Assembly: GCA_043821585.1 (NCBI GenBank) | Contig: JBDRCQ010000002.1 | Location: forward strand, 49,658-113,657 | Length of the DNA: 64,000 bases | Direction: 5' to 3' | DNA from: an archaeon | GTDB lineage: Archaea; Nanobdellota; Nanobdellia; Pacearchaeales; GW2011-AR1 | Part shown: in pieces, positions 60,835 through 64,000 of the stretch | Layout: every line of letters starts with the position of its first letter | Numbering within the stretch: the first letter of the stretch is position 1 | Made by a program: the position numbers and the translations under genes | Notes under the pieces: generated by a model | What the model was told of the DNA's origin: nothing | The model's database searches: none | Seen by the model: only the letters and a program-made list of their open reading frames with translations

Positions 60835-61641
60835 TTAAATATGTGGTGAAATGTAGGATTCTATGCCTGCCGCGATTAGGAGGAGACCTATAGAAATTGC
60901 TATTAAGACTATTATGTCTATGAATGTTCTTTTTATTCTATCTTTTTTTATGTCTCCGCGTATGACTGTTATGAAGATGATGCCTCCTGCGAGAGCTGCG
61001 GCGAGGTATGCAAGGATTTCCGGAATGCCGTGGATGAAGAATTTTAGGAATGCATAAGGAATAGATGCATAACCAAGAGTGTGTTTTACTAACCCTCCTA
61101 TTATGTAACCCATAAGGCTAGCGTTCCAGGCTAAGATAAAGAGAGAGCCTGCGCCGTAGAATATTGCTAAGATGACAGAGAGGAGTAGAACGCGGAGATT
61201 GTTGGACATTATTATTGAGAACGCTTCTGGTGCGGTGACTCGGCCGGTTATTGATCTAATCTCTTCGAAAGTGCTCGCTTGGAGACTGAAAATATCTGTG
61301 GTCATGTTTGTTGGCAAGATGAGCATCCAGAAAGTGTAGGCTATTAGGAAGCCGAAGAAAATTATCAGAAGGAACCAAAGAGTTTTGGCATGTTCCTTGA
61401 GTACGAAGGATTCTTCGTTTGTGTCTTTCTCTTTGCTTTCTTCTACGATGAAAATTCCCTGGACTAAGTACAGGCAAGCAATTATTGAAAGGAAAACCAT
61501 TGCTATTGATGCTTGGTTTGGTAAGATCCAGAGCGAAAGGAAGATTGAAATTGATGTGTAAAATATTACGACTAGTAAAATTTCTAGGGGGTGCCTTTCG
61601 GCTTTTTTTGGATTGAAAAGAATTGAGGATATCCTTGCCAT
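60835..61641 (-). CDS. SpoIIM (stage II sporulation protein M)-family membrane protein
   Basis: IMSNNLRV, ILAWNASLMG and IHGIPEILAY motifs. Confidence 0.85.
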   Translation of the reverse strand: MARISSILFNPKKAERHPLEILLVVIFYTSISIFLSLWILPNQASIAMVFLSIIACLYLVQGIFIVEESKEKDTNEESFVLKEHAKTLWFLLIIFFGFLIAYTFWMLILPTNMTTDIFSLQASTFEEIRSITGRVTAPEAFSIIMSNNLRVLLLSVILAIFYGAGSLFILAWNASLMGYIIGGLVKHTLGYASIPYAFLKFFIHGIPEILAYLAAALAGGIIFITVIRGDIKKDRIKRTFIDIIVLIAISIGLLLIAAGIESYISPHI

Positions 61642-61719
61642 GGAGTTAAGAGTTTTGGGAAATATTTAAAGGTATAGTAGTGTAAAAAAAGTTATAAAGT
61701 GAAAGGTTCTTTAGTATGG

Positions 61720-64000
61720 ATGAAAAAGAGTGTGGCTTATTGGTTAGTGGGCTTTGTGTTGGTTCTTGGGGTTATAGGTTTGTTGTTGATTGACAGTCCG
61801 CAGTTGGGCCCTAAGTTTGTCGCTTCTAAAGGTGCGGTGGCGAAGGTTAATATTTTGGATAAGGTTTTGGGAAGAGATGTTGGGGAGGTCGGTGGTGGTA
61901 GCAGGACTGCTACTTGCGCATCTATTTCTCAATTTGGAGTAACTTGGACATTTGATCAGCCGTATCCATGTGGACAGTTTGTTAATGGAGACTGGTGGGT
62001 TGTTGGGCCTGTGAATATAATTGATATTGATCCTATACCGACATTTGACCGTATAGAAAATTCAGGTGTTGAATGCACAAATCCATTGTGTAGTTCTATC
62101 CTGAATGCAGTTTCGTGTGACGCTGAACCTGCGTGCGAATGGTTGTGGATCTCGGGTGCGGAAGAGTGCAGACCCCTGCAGTATCCTGCGAATTGTGATG
62201 CAAATTCGCCAGCGCCTTTAAATGGCCAGCATAATTACGTTGCCGTTGAATGTGATTCTCAGAACCAGTGTGTTTATGAGACAACGATTGGCAGAAATGG
62301 TTGGATAATTAATCCGTCTCTTGGAGATGAACAACCGTATGATGACCGAATGCCCCAACTCGCTTATGATAAATATTTACAGCCTCCTCTGCCTTCTACA
62401 GTAAACTCTGGTTCTTCAGTTGTGTCAACGAAAAGTGGAACTTTGGATTGTGTTGATAATTATGGTCGGTCTGGACAGCTTAGTGACTATAGAAGAGTAG
62501 ATGGAGAGTTTGGATGTTCTGAAGGCATATATTTGGAAACTGCAGCAGTACTCACTGTTCTTGATACTGCTCCGCCTGCAAATAGTTTTAGGCCACCGTA
62601 TGTCGGGACGAGCAAGCCAATATTTAGCGCCAATAATGTTCAGACCAATTATAATAATTATTTTCCAAGTTTAGCAGCCCCTCCTGGAAGTTATTATTTG
62701 CCACCTCTTTCAGATGTCAATCGGTGGTTTGAGAGGCCATGGCTTCAGACTGCTGGTTGGTGGGGTAAGAAGTATATGGTTCCTGTTGATAATGGAATTG
62801 GCTATGGAACTGGCAGGGTGCAACATATTAGTGCGGGCATGCTTAGATTAATGTTGGATGATGGTGATTTTTCAAGTAAACAGGAAGGTATTTATGGATT
62901 AATCCAAATTGGGATCGATGAGTATGGATACGGCCAAGCTGGAGGGGGTTATGATGCTGACGGGGCTCAACAAGCAGGACATTTCTTGACTCCAGTTTTT
63001 GCTGGTTTGATGATTGGGGATCAAAATTTGCTAAACAGTGTGAGTAGTAATCCGACTAAGTACGCTGAACTTTGTCAGACTTTTTACACTGCTCAGAATC
63101 CCCCGTATACTAATGCGCCACATCCAGAATGTTATACCCCAATTCCATCTTCATATGGTCCAGACTATCCGAGGTATGGTGCTCAGTATTGTGAAAATCA
63201 ACCAGATTATAAAGGACTTGGTGAGCCGGTAACTTGCTACAGTGCTGCTACTAATTCATACTTTGGACAAAACCAAGGTTCTTGGACAGGTGAAGCTTTG
63301 GCTGCGATTTTATTGGGGATTGATGATGATGTTGGGCATGATGCATTTTTTGATTTTGTTGATAGATGCAGAAATGGAGACTGTGGAGGTGCGCCGGTCA
63401 CGCACACTATTGGATTTAATGACGCGATGTGGGCAGAATATAGGGATTATGTTGGTGATTGTACAGTTTCTGGCTGCCCGGCGGATACAGCTTGTGTTTC
63501 TTATACCTGCAATACTGGAACAGGTAACTGTGAAATGACCCCAATAAATGAAGGAAATCTTTGCGGAGACGATGGTGTTTATTGTAATGGTGAAGAGAGA
63601 TGTTCTGCTGGGTCGTGTTTGAACACTGATCCTCCGTGTGAGGATGATGGGATAGCCTGTACAATAGAATGTGACGAAGCTAATGGCTGTTATGGCCCAG
63701 TTGTATTGGATAATAGTCAGTGCGCTGATGGAAGACCGTGTACTTCTGATTTGTGTGTTGTGGGAGTTGGGTGTGTAAATGAGAGGATAAACGGATGCTA
63801 CGAGGAGGCTGGTGATCTGCAACCTGTTCCTGGACCTGATGATGGTTTTAGTTTGTTTTTGAAGATGGATGGAGATTTAACGGACTCTTCCTCTCAAGGG
63901 AATGATTTTGGATGTACGAGTTGTCCTTCTCCGATAGATGATCAGAATGGCCGGCCCGCCGCGGCTTATGATTTTTCAAATGATGTGGCATATCCTGTTG
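61720..64000 (+). CDS. large secreted Cys-rich protein, 3'-truncated (absent from the ORF track)
   Basis: Translated by hand: open for 760 codons to the window end. Signal/anchor MKKSVAYWLVGFVLVLG, QFGVTWTFDQPYPCGQFVNGDWWVVGP domain, CxDGxxCTxD repeats, start of a LamG-like domain. Confidence 0.85.
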   Translation, partial: MKKSVAYWLVGFVLVLGVIGLLLIDSPQLGPKFVASKGAVAKVNILDKVLGRDVGEVGGGSRTATCASISQFGVTWTFDQPYPCGQFVNGDWWVVGPVNIIDIDPIPTFDRIENSGVECTNPLCSSILNAVSCDAEPACEWLWISGAEECRPLQYPANCDANSPAPLNGQHNYVAVECDSQNQCVYETTIGRNGWIINPSLGDEQPYDDRMPQLAYDKYLQPPLPSTVNSGSSVVSTKSGTLDCVDNYGRSGQLSDYRRVDGEFGCSEGIYLETAAVLTVLDTAPPANSFRPPYVGTSKPIFSANNVQTNYNNYFPSLAAPPGSYYLPPLSDVNRWFERPWLQTAGWWGKKYMVPVDNGIGYGTGRVQHISAGMLRLMLDDGDFSSKQEGIYGLIQIGIDEYGYGQAGGGYDADGAQQAGHFLTPVFAGLMIGDQNLLNSVSSNPTKYAELCQTFYTAQNPPYTNAPHPECYTPIPSSYGPDYPRYGAQYCENQPDYKGLGEPVTCYSAATNSYFGQNQGSWTGEALAAILLGIDDDVGHDAFFDFVDRCRNGDCGGAPVTHTIGFNDAMWAEYRDYVGDCTVSGCPADTACVSYTCNTGTGNCEMTPINEGNLCGDDGVYCNGEERCSAGSCLNTDPPCEDDGIACTIECDEANGCYGPVVLDNSQCADGRPCTSDLCVVGVGCVNERINGCYEEAGDLQPVPGPDDGFSLFLKMDGDLTDSSSQGNDFGCTSCPSPIDDQNGRPAAAYDFSNDVAYPV

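Overview
Archaeal DNA. BRE/TATA promoters drive leaderless ATGs, and there are GGAGG(TGA) ribosome-binding sites. Gene content resembles DPANN (Pacearchaeota/Woesearchaeota-like); this assignment is an inference. The window holds tandem HTH-MNT/HEPN toxin-antitoxin modules, a membrane glycosylation-type cluster, a Cys-rich NHL surface protein, cspA, scpA, a DEAD-box helicase, a SurA-like chaperone, a liv ABC transporter operon with two foreign genes inside it, a second TA island, regulators, ORFans and a giant surface protein of about 6100 aa. No rRNA, tRNA, CRISPR array, transposase or reverse transcriptase was seen. Main signals not explained by the ORF track: (1) a promoter-driven, end-paired structured RNA candidate of about 227 nt at 12732-12958; (2) a kinase-like/TM/SLT-like protein split by an (AG)6 repeat; (3) two copies of a 142-143 bp MITE with IS903-like ends; (4) two unannotated paralogous AbrB-like mini-genes leading ORFan operons; (5) passenger domains inserted at fixed sites in the giant protein; (6) an outer-membrane beta-barrel-like protein in an archaeon; (7) six frame-breaking lesions of 1-2 nt that may be assembly errors or real. 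All domain calls come from motif recognition by eye; no searches were run.
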